Shown here: positions 33,701 through 42,149 of the stretch, one piece after another
How positions within the stretch are numbered: the first letter of the stretch is position 1
Layout of the letters: each line of letters opens with the position of its first letter
IMG/VR virus record: IMGVR_UViG_3300023174_000034
Strand: one strand, 5' to 3'
DNA: 64,000 bases
From: a virus
Taxonomy: Duplodnaviria; Heunggongvirae; Uroviricota; Caudoviricetes
Made by a program: the position numbers and the translations under genes
Notes under the pieces: generated by a model
What the model was told of the DNA's origin: nothing
The model's input: the letters and a program-made list of their open reading frames with translations, nothing else
The model's database searches: none

Positions 33701-36700
33701 CGTTCACATCCGGAACACCAAGTACCAGCACAAGTACTGGTGCTGTAGTTATATCAGGCGGCGTTGGCATCAGTGGTGATTTGTTCACTGGCGGGTTTGC
33801 TAACTTTGGCGGCAACGTAACAGTTAATAATCTAAATGCCAATGTAAATGTCCAAACAAATACTCTAGTTGTTTCTGGTTCCGGCGCAATAGTTGGTAAC
33901 CTAACAACAGGCAATTTGGCAACGGGTATTGCAACCATTGCTCGCGCAGACATTGCTGGCACACTTGCAGTTGGCGGCGATGTAACAGTTACTGGCAACA
34001 TTGTTGCAGGAGGTGTCCGTAAAACACAAAGCACATCACCTCCAGTTAATCCTGTGGTTGGTGACTTGTGGTACAAGACAGATACTGATGTTTATTACCA
34101 ATACACATCAGATGGTGTGAACAAATACTGGATTGACTATGTAGGTGCAACAGTATCTAATGCCGCAGTTCAGAATAGCAGTAGTGTTGACTTCACAATA
34201 ACCAGCGGCACAGAAAGTACAAATACAACAAGTGGTGCGCTGACCATTGTTGGTGGCGTGGGCATAACTGGCAACATCAATGCTGGCAATGTAATAGCCA
34301 CCAGCTTCCGTGCAGATAACTTCTTGTTTGCAAATGGCAGAACACTTGCTGACCGTATTACTGGTACTTACAGTAACTCAAATGTAACAGCGTATCTAAC
34401 CGGATCAATCACAACAGGTGACCTCAATGCTGGTAATATCACAGCAGGTAACATTGCAACAACAGATATAACCTCTAGAGATATTACAGCTCGTAATGTC
34501 GCACTAAGCGGTAACATCACAGGTGGTGGCCTACGCAAGTATGCTCAAGCAGGAGCACCAGCCAATCCAATTCTAGGCGATGTGTGGTACAAAACTGACA
34601 CAGATGTCTATTACCAATACATAAATGATGGTGCCAACTATTTCTGGGTTGACTATGTTGGCCCAACAGTTAGTAATGCCGCAGTTCAAAATGGCACCAA
34701 CAGCGACTTTGCTATTGCCAGCGGTACATTGGGTACTAGCCCAACCACTGGTGCGTTGGTTGTTACTGGTGGCGTTGGCGTAACTGGCAATATCTACACA
34801 ACCGGCATTGCTGATTTTGGTGGCAATCTACGTGCTGATAATGTCACTGCGAATGTTAATCTACAAACAAATACACTGGCAGTTGTGCAAAACGCAACAG
34901 TTGGTGGAACATTGAATGTAACCGGAGCAGTTGCTACTGGCAATATCACAACTGGCAATATCACAGGATACGGATTCACAACCAATGCAGGTAACCTAAT
35001 TGCCACAGGCGCATACCTAAGTGCAGGTGGTATCAGTGCTACATCTGGCGTACTAAGCGTTGGCAATATTATCAGCAGTGGCACTCGAGCTGTGGTTGGC
35101 GGACTCACAATTGAGAATGGCGCATTTGGCAGTGTTGCAAGTTTGGCGGTTATCGCTGGCGCAACATTTGGTGGCGACGTTGCTATCACTGGTAATATCA
35201 CAGCAGGTGGCCTACGTAAATATGCTCAAACAACCGCGCCTACTACTCCAGTTGTGGGTGACGTCTGGTACAAGACTGATACCGATGTTTATTACCAGTA
35301 CATCAACGATGGCACCAGCAAGTACTGGATTGACTATTCAAGTGCAACAGTAAGCAATGCAAGCCCAACCAGCCCACAGAGCTTGCAAGACCTCCAGATT
35401 GTTTCGGGTACAGCAAGCACAAGTACCACTAGTGGTGCGCTACAAGTAACCGGCGGTGCTGGCATCAGTGGAAATGTCACAGCAGGAAATGTTGTTACTG
35501 CTCAAGTAACTGCTGACAAATTTACATACGCAAATGGCGTGAGTATACTGGCCGGAAATGAAGGCACATATTCAAACGCAAACGTAACAGCATACCTAAC
35601 AGCTCGTAGCGTTACTATTGCAGACGGAAACATCACTGCCAATGGGGGCTATTTGGCCGCAGGTGGATTTGTTGCCACTGCTGGAAACATCCGTACTACA
35701 TCTGCCAACATTGGCGGGGTTGTAATTGAGTCAGGTGGCATTGGTCAACTGGCAAGCATTGGGGTAATTGGTTCAGCAACCATTGGTGCTGATCTAGCAG
35801 TAACAGGTAATATCACTGGTGGCGGATTGCGTAAGTATGCACAAGACACAGCCCCAACGAACCCAGTGGTTGGCGATGTTTGGTACAAGACTGATACTGA
35901 TGTGTACTATCAATACATCAATGACGGAACAACTAAGTTTTGGGTTGATTATGTGGGTGCTACTGTAAGCAATGCAAGTATCACCAGTAGCCAAATTTCA
36001 TATGATATTGTGGTCACAACTGACACGCAAAGCACAAGCACCACAACAGGCGCTATCCGTGTACAGGGCGGCATTGGCTTAATTGGTAATATCTATACCA
36101 CAGGTATTGCTGACATTGGTGGTAACTTACGTGCTGGTAACATCACAGCAAATAATAATCTACAAACAAATACTCTGGCAGTGATTCAAAATGCCACAGT
36201 TGGTGGTGTATTAACATCTGGCACATTGTCGACTGGCAACTCATCAGTTGGTAACATTGCTGGTTATGGATTTACTACCAACGCAGGTAATTTGACTGCT
36301 ACTGGTGCTTACTTTGCCGCAGGTGGCATGAGCTCTACCAATGGCAATATCACAGTTGGTAATATCAACGCATACAGCTTTATTGTAAGCAATGGCAATA
36401 TTACCAGCACAGGAACCTACGCACGAGTTGGTGGCTTAGAAATCGTCAACGGTGGCTTTACTAATCTAACAAGTTTGGGTGTAGTTGGAGCCGCAACAAT
36501 TGGTGCAGACCTAGCAGTAACTGGCAACATCACAGGTGGTGGTCTACGCAAGTACACAGGTACTACTGCACCAGCAAATCCAGTGACCGGCGATGTCTGG
36601 TACAAAACAGACACAGACGTTTACTATCAATACATCACAGACGGAACAAGTTCATTCTGGGTCGATTATACCAGTGCTACAGTTGCCAACATCACGCTAG

Positions 36701-39700
36701 CAAACGCACAATATGGTACTGATGTAGGATTTGTAAGCGGCACAACAAGCACAAATCAAACAAACGGTGCGGTGACTGTGATTGGTGGTGTAGGGGTCAC
36801 TGGCAATATCAACTTAACAGGTCGTGTGACTGCACTAGATACCATTACTGGTCAGCGCATTATTTCCAACACAAGCATTACAGGTGCTACCCTGACTGTA
36901 ACAGGCGACACCGCAGTTGGCAACTTAATTGCCGGCAACATCACTGGTTATGGATTTACCACAAACAACGGCAACGTTGTTGCAACTGGTCAATTGACTG
37001 TTGGTGGACTAGCACAAGTTCCAGGCAACTTGACTGCTACCGGGTCTTACTTCTCCGCAGGCGGACTAACTTCTACCGCAGGCGCTATCACAGGTACAGG
37101 CTTTAGCATCACTGCTGGCAATATTATTACCACTGGACAAAAAGCAGTAGTAGGTGGGCTAACAATTGAAAACGGCGCATTGCCTAGTTTGCCAAGCATT
37201 GGGGTAATTGGTTCAGCAACCATTGGTGCTGATCTAGCAGTAACAGGTAATATCACTGGTGGCGGCTTACGAAAATATGCACAAACAAGCACACCTGCAA
37301 ATCCAGTAGTGGGTGATGTATGGTACAAAACTGATACTGATGTTTATTACCAGTATATCACAGACGGAACCACAAACGTTTGGGTTGACTACACCAGTGC
37401 AACTGTTGCCAATATTACTTTGGCAAATGCACAGTATGGCTCAGACGTTGGTTTTGTAAGCGGTACAACAAGCACAAATCAAACAAACGGTGCAGTGACA
37501 GTGATCGGCGGCATTGGCGTAACTGGCAACATCAATCTAACAGGTCGTGTGACTGCACTAGATACTGTCACCGGCCAACGCATTATTTCCAACACAAGCA
37601 TCACAGGTGCTACTTTAAGTGTAGCAGGTGACTCAAGTGTTGGCAACCTAACTGCTGGCAATGTCAGTGGTTACGGGTTTACCACAAACAATGGAAATGT
37701 AACTGCAACAGGTAATATAACTGGATACGGATTTGTAACCAGCAATGGTAACCTAAGCGCATCCGGCGCTTATTTCTCCGCAGGTGGAATGACATCCACT
37801 AACGGTAACATCACTGTTGGTAACATCAACGCATACAGTTTCATTGTAAGCAACGGTAACATAACCAGCACAGGTACCTATGCTCGAGTTGGTGGACTTG
37901 AAATCGTTAATGGTGGGTTTGGTTCACTGGCAAGTTTGGGTGTAACAGGCGCCGCAACATTTGGAGCCAATGTTGATATCACAGGTCGTGTGACAGGTGG
38001 TGGTATTCGCAAGACATCTAGTACCAGTGCACCTGCCGGTCCAGTGGTTGGTGACCAGTGGTACAAAACTGACACAGACATTTTATACCAGTACATCAAT
38101 GATGGTGCAAGCAACTACTGGATTGATATGGCCAGTGCCACAGTTGCAAATGTAACACAAAGCGCACAAACTGTAAGTGATCTGGCAATCGTAAGTGGTA
38201 CACCAAGCACCAGTACTTCAACAGGTGCATTGCGTGTGGCTGGCGGTGTTGGCATCACAGGCGACATCTACACAGATGGTAATTTGAGCACAAGCCAGAT
38301 CAGTTCCGGTAGTATTATTACCAATGGATTTGCAAGAGTACAAGGCCAATTGGATGTGTTCCTGGATGCCTTTATCCAAGGTAACACAATAACCATCCAA
38401 AACAATTACACAGTTGGCGATGCACAAGTCGACGGTAATGTATTTCTACAAAAAGAACTTAGAGTCGGTGGCAACGTCACAGCGTATGGATTGAGCGTAC
38501 AAAAAGGCAACCTGGTCGCCAATGGCGCTTACTTCTCGGCAGGTGGTCTAACATCTACAGCAGGAAACTTAACTGCTGGCAATATTGTTGGGTATGGATT
38601 TACCACTAGCAACGGTAATGTAACAGCAACAGGAACTTATGCTCGAGTTGGTGGCCTAGAAATCATCAACGGTGGCTTTGGTTCGCTGGCAAGCATTGGC
38701 GTAATTGGTTCAGCCACAATTGGTGGCGATGTTGCAATCACTGGTAATATCACAGCAGGTGGTCTGCGTAAGTATGCACAAACAAGCAAACCCGCAAATC
38801 CAGTTGTAGGAGATGTTTGGTACAAAACTGATACAGATGTGTACTATCAGTACATCAATGATGGTAGTGCAAATGTCTGGGTTGACTTTGTAAGTGCCAC
38901 AGTAGCAAACATCACAACGGCCAATGCACAGTATGGAACAGATGTTGGCTTTGTTTCTGGTACATTAAGTACTAATCCGCAAAATGGCGCAGTAACAGTA
39001 ATTGGTGGCGTTGGCGTTACAGGTAGCATTAACCTAACTGGCCAAATAACTGCTCAAGGTACAATCACTGGTCAAACCCTTGTTTCCAATGGTACTATTT
39101 TTGCCACAACAATAATTGGCTCTGGATCTGCGTCATTCAGAGACATAACTGCCGGCGATGTAGCCATTGGTAATATTAACAGCGTTGGCTTTACCACAAA
39201 CAACGGCAATGTTGTTGCTGGCGGTAACCTAACAGCATATGGGCTGAGCGTACAAAAAGGCAACCTGGTTGCCAATGGTGCTTACTTCTCTGCAGGTGGT
39301 CTATCATCTACAGCAGGCGCAATTACAGGCACAGGATTCAGCATTGTTGGTGGTAACATAATTACCACTGGACAAAAAGCAGTAGTTGGTGGATTGACCA
39401 TTGAGAATGGTGCGTTTGGTAACGTAGCAAGTTTGGGTGTGATTGGTTCAGCAACTATTGGTGCTGACCTAGCTGTGACAGGCAACATTACAGGTGGCGG
39501 CCTACGCAAGTATGCACAAACAAGTACACCAGCCAACCCAATCGTGGGAGATGTATGGTACAAAACAGACGCTGACATCTATTACACTTATGTAAATGAT
39601 GGTACAAGCACATACTGGATTGACTACACCAGTGCGGCAATTGCCAACATTACTGTGGCAAACTCACAGTACGGTAGCGATGTAGGATTTGTAAGCGGTA

Positions 39701-41202
39701 CACTAAGCACCAACCAAACAAATGGTGCTGTGGTAGTAATTGGCGGTGTTGGTGTAACAGGTAACATCAACTTAACAGGTCGTGTGACTGCACTAGATAC
39801 CATTACAGGTCAGCGTATTGTTTCTAACACAAGCATTGCTGGTGCAACATTGAGCATTGCAGGCGATACCGCAGTTGGTAACTTGACCACCGGTAGCATC
39901 ACAGCAACAGGTAATGTAACCGCAACTGGTAAACTAACAGTTGGCGGACTGTCAGTAGTACCGGGCAACTTGAGTGCAACTGGTTCTTACTTGTCTGTAA
40001 ACGGCTTCACTGCCCTAAACGGTAACATTACAGCAACAGGTACAACTGCCACAATTGGTGGATTGACTATTGCCAATGGTGGCTTTGGATCGGTAGCAAG
40101 CCTGGCTGTTATTGGCGCCGCAACTGTCGGTGGCGATGTTGCAATCACAGGCAACATCACAGCAGGTGGTGTACGTAAAACCACAAGCCTAACAGCACCT
40201 GCTAATCCTGTAGTTGGCGATCAGTGGTACAAGACTGATACTGATATCTTGTATCAATTCATGGATGATGGTACAACCAAGTACTGGGTTGACTTTGCAA
40301 GTGCAACAGTGGCCAACATCACCAGCAACTTTGATGGGCTAGGTGACTTTACTACGATTGGCAATGTGATTGGTAACGGCATTGTCAGCAACAACTATTA
40401 CTATGCAAATGGTGTGAGTTTTGTAACCACAACTGTGGCCAATACGCAGAACATTGTTGCCAATATCACAAACGGTTTCAACCTAGGATTGAATCTAACC
40501 AAGACCGGAGTAACAGCTGGCAACTACGGTAGTGCCACTAGCATTCCAACTATTGTTACAGATGATTACGGTCGCATCACAAGCATCACAAGCAATGCTG
40601 TAAGCACAACATTTGGACTGGTTGGCAATGTAGGAACCAGTTCAATCAACGGTGGTAACACACTAGTAATTGTTGGAGTTCCAAATCAAATCAGTACCAC
40701 AGTCACTGGTAACACAATCAGCATTGGATTTACTCCAAATATTACATTTACTGATTTTACAGTAAGTGGTAACTTGGTCTATCAAGGCGGTGGTATCAAA
40801 ACTACCACAAGCCCAACACCACCAAACGGTCCAATCAATGGTGACATGTGGTATCAAAGCGGAACAGACATTTTGTATCGTTATGTAAATGACGGCACAA
40901 ATGAGTACTGGTTAGATTTATTTTCTACTCCGCTACGTGCTATCCTTCCAAGCCGCGATATTGGCGGTGGTGACGGAGAAGTACAATTTAACGACAACGG
41001 CACTTTTGGAGCAAACGCCCGCTTTAAGTTTGACAAAACAACGGGCACTCTACAAGTGGACAGATTTAGAATTACACAGTCACAAAGCCCTGCTACTCCG
41101 GGTAGCCCAGGAAATACTGGGGAAATCACCTGGGACGGCAACTGGATGTATGTGTGCGTAGCACCAAATAGTTGGGTACGTGCAGGCTTGTACACATGGT
41201 AA
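24799..41202 (+). CDS. giant repetitive fibre-like virion protein (5467 aa)
   Basis: Uninterrupted 16.4-kb ORF; N-terminal WKQSVRVATT...DRVLLK.Q.....NGIY domain; 25 GDxWY modules separated by G/T/N/V-rich spacers; C-terminal GEITWD.NWMYVCVA.NSW.R domain; TAAATA at 24772. Confidence 0.85.
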   Translation: MALTRPRYSQIPDTDWKQSVRVATTADVGNVMLAAMPNSVDGVTLNFYDRVLLKSQANAAQNGIYYVKAVGTGANGIWERTKDASSGGALGAVTPSIVTQVEEGTINKNRTFKLTTTGNIDLGTTDLSFGVQAAEPAGATGQLQFANVNNVIGGATTTSYDYVTGNLVLTGNVNTTLLYQNGKRVPQVFTSATPPSTPAVGDQWYQIGTDILYEWLQDGATAYWIDVSGATIANINPITGENVGSLVVNGGNDSTSSTTGALQVVGGTGITGNLNVGGSITFGGGSLGSDLVVNSTAPSTSETTGAIRIASPGGLGVGGNIWVGGTFVANSRIPSTSIGTGAIILPGTGGLGVGGNVFVGQNLNVLGNITGGGIRQSISSGAPANPVVGDQWYQLGTDILYQYVSDGTGSYWVDVAGATVANITQQTNTVNDIHLVSGTPSTSSDTGALIVSGGVGIQGNLNLQGGFNITGGNLIANQNVTSTNTTTGSMVVTGQGGIGVGGNINIGGNLSVAQTASFLQNVIISANLVASGTYFAAGGLSVTNGNIVTTGTSAQIGGLTITNGAISGIASLGVTGATNIGGDLTVTGNIAGGGVRKYAQTAKPTNAFPGDVWYKTDTDVYYTYVNDGTASYWIDYTSATVANITPQTNQTLSDIVIVSGTPATNTTTGALQVQGGAGITGNVFTGNLSTGTVSAGAFTYANGVSILLGNEGTYSNANVVAYLSASNISVGGNLTAGGSYFSAGGLSVTAGNILATGARAVIGGLTIENGGISSLASLNVIGSGTLGGDFAITGNVTAGGLRKYAQVGAPANPVVGDVWYKTDTDVFYQYVNDGTNKYWIDYTSATVSNASPTSPQSLQDLQIVSGTPSTGSGTGALQVTGGAAVTGNLFSGNLSTTTVAASNFTYANGVSILAGNEGTYSNANVLSYLAANGITATTAGISTTGNLTASGSYLSAGGFTATAGNIRTTSANIGGVIIESGGIGQLASLGVLGAATIGGDVAITGNITAGGLRKYAQAGAPANPVVGDVWYKTDTDVYYQYINDGTNKYWIDYSSATVSNASPTTSQSLQDLQIVSGTQSTSTGTGALVVQGGIGASGNVFVGNVSTATVSASNFTYANGVSILLGNEGTYSNANVTAYLTARTTTISDGFLSTAGLTVTAGNLKTTSANIGGLIIENNSISQLASIGVVGAATIGADLAVTGNITGGGLRKYAQAGAPANPIVGDVWYKTDTDVYYQYINDGTNKYWVDYAGATVSNASITSSQISYDIVVTTDTQSTSTTTGAVRVQGGIGLIGNIYTTGIADIGGNLTAGNIKANNNLQTNTLAVVQNATVGGTLTVTGAVATGNLTTGNITGYGFTTDAGNLTATGQYFSAGGVSATAGNISIGNIAGYGFTVSNGNITSTGTRAVIGGLEIINGGFGSLASLGVTGAATFGANVDITGRVTGGGIRKTSSTTAPASPIVGDTWYKTDTDTLYQYINDGTSNYWIDISGATVANISPQTNQTLNDIVIVSGTPATNTTSGALQVQGGAGITGNVFAGNLSTTTVAASNFTYANGVSILLGNEGTYSNANVTAYLTAKTVAISDAGNVTSSGTYFNTAGLTVLNGNVTATGTTATIGGLVINNGSLPSLPTLGVLGAATIGGDIAVTGNITAGGLRKYAQVGAPTNPVVGDVWYKTDTDVFYQYVNDGTNKYWIDYTSATVSNANPTSPQSLQDLQIVSGTPSTSTTSGALQVTGGAGISGNVNAGNVTTGTLTATTVNSSGVIVGTGFTYANGVSILVGNEGTYSNSNVTAYLTARTTTISDGFLSTAGMTVTAGNLKTTSANIGGVVIESGGIGSLASLNVIGGATIGGDIAITGNITGGGIRKTSSASAPATPTVGDQWYKTDTDTLYQYINDGTSKYWIDVAGATVSNASITSSQIAYDIVVTTDTQSTSTTTGAIRVQGGIGLIGNIYTTGIADFGGNLTAGNILSNNNLQTTTLQVTSDANVTGNLSVNRITASGNITSSGQYFSAAGLSVTNGNIITTGTTATIAGLQITNGALPTLPTLGVTGLATFGANIDVTGSVNVTGNITGGGLRKYAQIGAPANPVVGDVWYKTDTDVYYQYINDGTNKYWIDYSSATVSNASPTSLQSIQDLAVVGGTVSTSTSTGAITILGGVGLSGNINVGGNASVGNLVASGVVSGTGFTYANGVSILVGNEGTYSNSNVTAYLTARTTTISDGYLSTAGITVTAGNIFASSANIAGVIISSGGLSSLASLGVVGGATIGGDLAVTGNITGGGIRKTTSISAPTSPVVGDQWYKQDTDTLYQYINDGTTKYWVDVAGATVSNARTSGDQIAYDIVVTTDTQSTSPTTGAVRVQGGIGLIGNIYTTGIVDIGGNLRADNITANNNVQTNTLQVIGDTNVNKLTAVGNITSSGTYFSAGGISVTNGNVVATGTSATIGGLVINNGGLPSLPTLGVIGAATFGANVDVTGNVNVTRDIIASGNIVAGGVRKYAQTSKPTNAVPGDVWYKTDTDVYYTYINDGTSKYWIDYVGATVSNAAVDNSTNRDFTIASGTLSTDPTTGALVVVGGVGITGDINTTGDFSIDGTFTACTAVTAGYLNVADGIDSYGNVIIHGPGTANYTVQVRSSDAADNVLGIKTSVAGGGFAIDALNNELIGATPLGINANTFSIGIKNAVGSTVQADALKVNTAGNVSIAKTLSIGQHVDVTGNVTASNATFVNKITATTANFTTMNLSGTLTVPTLNVTTTIDAPGIRKYAQTTAPASPAAGDVWYKTDTDVYYTYVNDGTANYWIDYAGATVSNAAVSTSQSVDLRIASGTESTNTDTGALTVVGGIGLTGNINANYLRGTGIVSDRFTFSNGASLAATITGTYSNTNVAGYLSGSITAGSINVTGTLTAPGIRKTQSITAPASPVVGDLWYKTDTDVYYQYINDGTSNYWVDYVGATVSNAAVTAGAATDYAFTSGTPSTSTSTGAVVISGGVGISGDLFTGGFANFGGNVTVNNLNANVNVQTNTLVVSGSGAIVGNLTTGNLATGIATIARADIAGTLAVGGDVTVTGNIVAGGVRKTQSTSPPVNPVVGDLWYKTDTDVYYQYTSDGVNKYWIDYVGATVSNAAVQNSSSVDFTITSGTESTNTTSGALTIVGGVGITGNINAGNVIATSFRADNFLFANGRTLADRITGTYSNSNVTAYLTGSITTGDLNAGNITAGNIATTDITSRDITARNVALSGNITGGGLRKYAQAGAPANPILGDVWYKTDTDVYYQYINDGANYFWVDYVGPTVSNAAVQNGTNSDFAIASGTLGTSPTTGALVVTGGVGVTGNIYTTGIADFGGNLRADNVTANVNLQTNTLAVVQNATVGGTLNVTGAVATGNITTGNITGYGFTTNAGNLIATGAYLSAGGISATSGVLSVGNIISSGTRAVVGGLTIENGAFGSVASLAVIAGATFGGDVAITGNITAGGLRKYAQTTAPTTPVVGDVWYKTDTDVYYQYINDGTSKYWIDYSSATVSNASPTSPQSLQDLQIVSGTASTSTTSGALQVTGGAGISGNVTAGNVVTAQVTADKFTYANGVSILAGNEGTYSNANVTAYLTARSVTIADGNITANGGYLAAGGFVATAGNIRTTSANIGGVVIESGGIGQLASIGVIGSATIGADLAVTGNITGGGLRKYAQDTAPTNPVVGDVWYKTDTDVYYQYINDGTTKFWVDYVGATVSNASITSSQISYDIVVTTDTQSTSTTTGAIRVQGGIGLIGNIYTTGIADIGGNLRAGNITANNNLQTNTLAVIQNATVGGVLTSGTLSTGNSSVGNIAGYGFTTNAGNLTATGAYFAAGGMSSTNGNITVGNINAYSFIVSNGNITSTGTYARVGGLEIVNGGFTNLTSLGVVGAATIGADLAVTGNITGGGLRKYTGTTAPANPVTGDVWYKTDTDVYYQYITDGTSSFWVDYTSATVANITLANAQYGTDVGFVSGTTSTNQTNGAVTVIGGVGVTGNINLTGRVTALDTITGQRIISNTSITGATLTVTGDTAVGNLIAGNITGYGFTTNNGNVVATGQLTVGGLAQVPGNLTATGSYFSAGGLTSTAGAITGTGFSITAGNIITTGQKAVVGGLTIENGALPSLPSIGVIGSATIGADLAVTGNITGGGLRKYAQTSTPANPVVGDVWYKTDTDVYYQYITDGTTNVWVDYTSATVANITLANAQYGSDVGFVSGTTSTNQTNGAVTVIGGIGVTGNINLTGRVTALDTVTGQRIISNTSITGATLSVAGDSSVGNLTAGNVSGYGFTTNNGNVTATGNITGYGFVTSNGNLSASGAYFSAGGMTSTNGNITVGNINAYSFIVSNGNITSTGTYARVGGLEIVNGGFGSLASLGVTGAATFGANVDITGRVTGGGIRKTSSTSAPAGPVVGDQWYKTDTDILYQYINDGASNYWIDMASATVANVTQSAQTVSDLAIVSGTPSTSTSTGALRVAGGVGITGDIYTDGNLSTSQISSGSIITNGFARVQGQLDVFLDAFIQGNTITIQNNYTVGDAQVDGNVFLQKELRVGGNVTAYGLSVQKGNLVANGAYFSAGGLTSTAGNLTAGNIVGYGFTTSNGNVTATGTYARVGGLEIINGGFGSLASIGVIGSATIGGDVAITGNITAGGLRKYAQTSKPANPVVGDVWYKTDTDVYYQYINDGSANVWVDFVSATVANITTANAQYGTDVGFVSGTLSTNPQNGAVTVIGGVGVTGSINLTGQITAQGTITGQTLVSNGTIFATTIIGSGSASFRDITAGDVAIGNINSVGFTTNNGNVVAGGNLTAYGLSVQKGNLVANGAYFSAGGLSSTAGAITGTGFSIVGGNIITTGQKAVVGGLTIENGAFGNVASLGVIGSATIGADLAVTGNITGGGLRKYAQTSTPANPIVGDVWYKTDADIYYTYVNDGTSTYWIDYTSAAIANITVANSQYGSDVGFVSGTLSTNQTNGAVVVIGGVGVTGNINLTGRVTALDTITGQRIVSNTSIAGATLSIAGDTAVGNLTTGSITATGNVTATGKLTVGGLSVVPGNLSATGSYLSVNGFTALNGNITATGTTATIGGLTIANGGFGSVASLAVIGAATVGGDVAITGNITAGGVRKTTSLTAPANPVVGDQWYKTDTDILYQFMDDGTTKYWVDFASATVANITSNFDGLGDFTTIGNVIGNGIVSNNYYYANGVSFVTTTVANTQNIVANITNGFNLGLNLTKTGVTAGNYGSATSIPTIVTDDYGRITSITSNAVSTTFGLVGNVGTSSINGGNTLVIVGVPNQISTTVTGNTISIGFTPNITFTDFTVSGNLVYQGGGIKTTTSPTPPNGPINGDMWYQSGTDILYRYVNDGTNEYWLDLFSTPLRAILPSRDIGGGDGEVQFNDNGTFGANARFKFDKTTGTLQVDRFRITQSQSPATPGSPGNTGEITWDGNWMYVCVAPNSWVRAGLYTW
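25360..40920 (+). repeat. 25 dispersed coding repeats (GG.RK....P.NP.VGDxWYKTDTD.YYQY.NDG...YWxDY..ATV.N), period about 440-800 nt
   Basis: Counted by eye in the translation; nucleotide cores such as tggtacaaRactgaYacWgat recur. Confidence 0.9.
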
Positions 41203-41249
41203 TTTTGAGTTTGGCATAAATACTTTGACAAGAAAAAGGTACGGTAAAA

Positions 41250-41807
41250 ATGGCATTTCCATCATCACCAGTTAATGGACAACAGGCTACAGTTAATAAC
41301 ATTCTGTACACCTACAACTCCACCTACGGTACTTGGACACGTCAAGCTACCCAGATTTCCAACGTAACTATCGCTGGTGCATCCAGTATTAGCCCTACTA
41401 CAGGTGCTTTGGTTGTTACGGGTGGCGCTGGCGTGGTTGGACGACTAAACGTAGGCGGGTTAGTTAGTGCTTTGGGCGATATGTACGTTATCGGTAACAT
41501 TTATGTTGCAGGTAATACTACCACAGTTGGCACAAACACAATTTCGACCAATGATAAAAATATCACAGTAGCAAACAATGCGGTCAATGCAACAGCCGCA
41601 CGAGGCAGTGGTATTAGCGTTGGACCCAATGGCGCCTATGGTAACATTAGTGTCTATGACGGCCAGTGGGTAAGCCCAGACAATTGGGATTTCAAAGGGA
41701 TTATCACTATTAACGGTGCGCCAGTTACCACAAATAATTTCTCGGCTGATTATGGGTTAATTACCCAAGCACCAAATTACCAACAAGATTACGGGAGTAT
41801 AGCATAA
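41250..41807 (+). CDS. small fibre-like virion protein
   Basis: MAFPSSP.NGQ...YTY...TW N-terminal domain, GALVVTGG repeat, twin C-terminal DYG motifs; TAAATA at 41217. Confidence 0.65.
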   Translation: MAFPSSPVNGQQATVNNILYTYNSTYGTWTRQATQISNVTIAGASSISPTTGALVVTGGAGVVGRLNVGGLVSALGDMYVIGNIYVAGNTTTVGTNTISTNDKNITVANNAVNATAARGSGISVGPNGAYGNISVYDGQWVSPDNWDFKGIITINGAPVTTNNFSADYGLITQAPNYQQDYGSIA

Positions 41808-41808
41808 A

Positions 41809-42147
41809 ATGCCAGCACAAGTACAATTTCGCAGAGGTACCACAGTACAACACAGCACATTTACAGGTGCAGTTGGTGAAGTAACTCTCGACACAACAAA
41901 ACAAACTCTAATCGTTCATGACGGCTCAACAGCTGGTGGTATTGGCGAGATGGTTAGCCTTAATGGTACACAGACTTTGACCAACAAGACATTGACTAGT
42001 CCTACATTCACAGGTAGCATGACTGTTCAGAACTTTACAGTTAGTGGCACACTGAGCTACGCAAACGCACCAACTAGTGCGTTTACAGCAAACAGCATTG
42101 TTCCGAAGAGCTATGTTGACTCAGTTGGGATTATCTTCGGTGTCTAA
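41809..42147 (+). CDS. Mtd_N-like domain small protein, paralog of 20197-20568
   Basis: QVQFRRGTT...FTGA.GE..LDT....VHDGSTAGG...TQTLTNKTLTSPT...ANSIVPKSYVDS.GI.FGV. Confidence 0.75.
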   Translation: MPAQVQFRRGTTVQHSTFTGAVGEVTLDTTKQTLIVHDGSTAGGIGEMVSLNGTQTLTNKTLTSPTFTGSMTVQNFTVSGTLSYANAPTSAFTANSIVPKSYVDSVGIIFGV

Positions 42148-42149
42148 AG

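Noticed and set aside
2855-40184. Numerous minus-strand ORFs in the ORF track (e.g. 2855-3358, 6289-6966, many within 24799-41202)
   Set aside because: These are shadows of biased plus-strand codon usage, with no RBS or promoter and low-complexity translations.
25360-40920. CRISPR-like array from recurring nucleotide motifs
   Set aside because: The repeats are in-frame, vary at third codon positions and are hundreds of nt apart; no cas genes.
20197-42147. Diversity-generating retroelement suggested by Mtd_N-like genes and repeats
   Set aside because: There is no reverse transcriptase in the window, no non-coding template repeat and no adenine-specific mismatch pattern; the Mtd_N proteins have no C-terminal variable domain.
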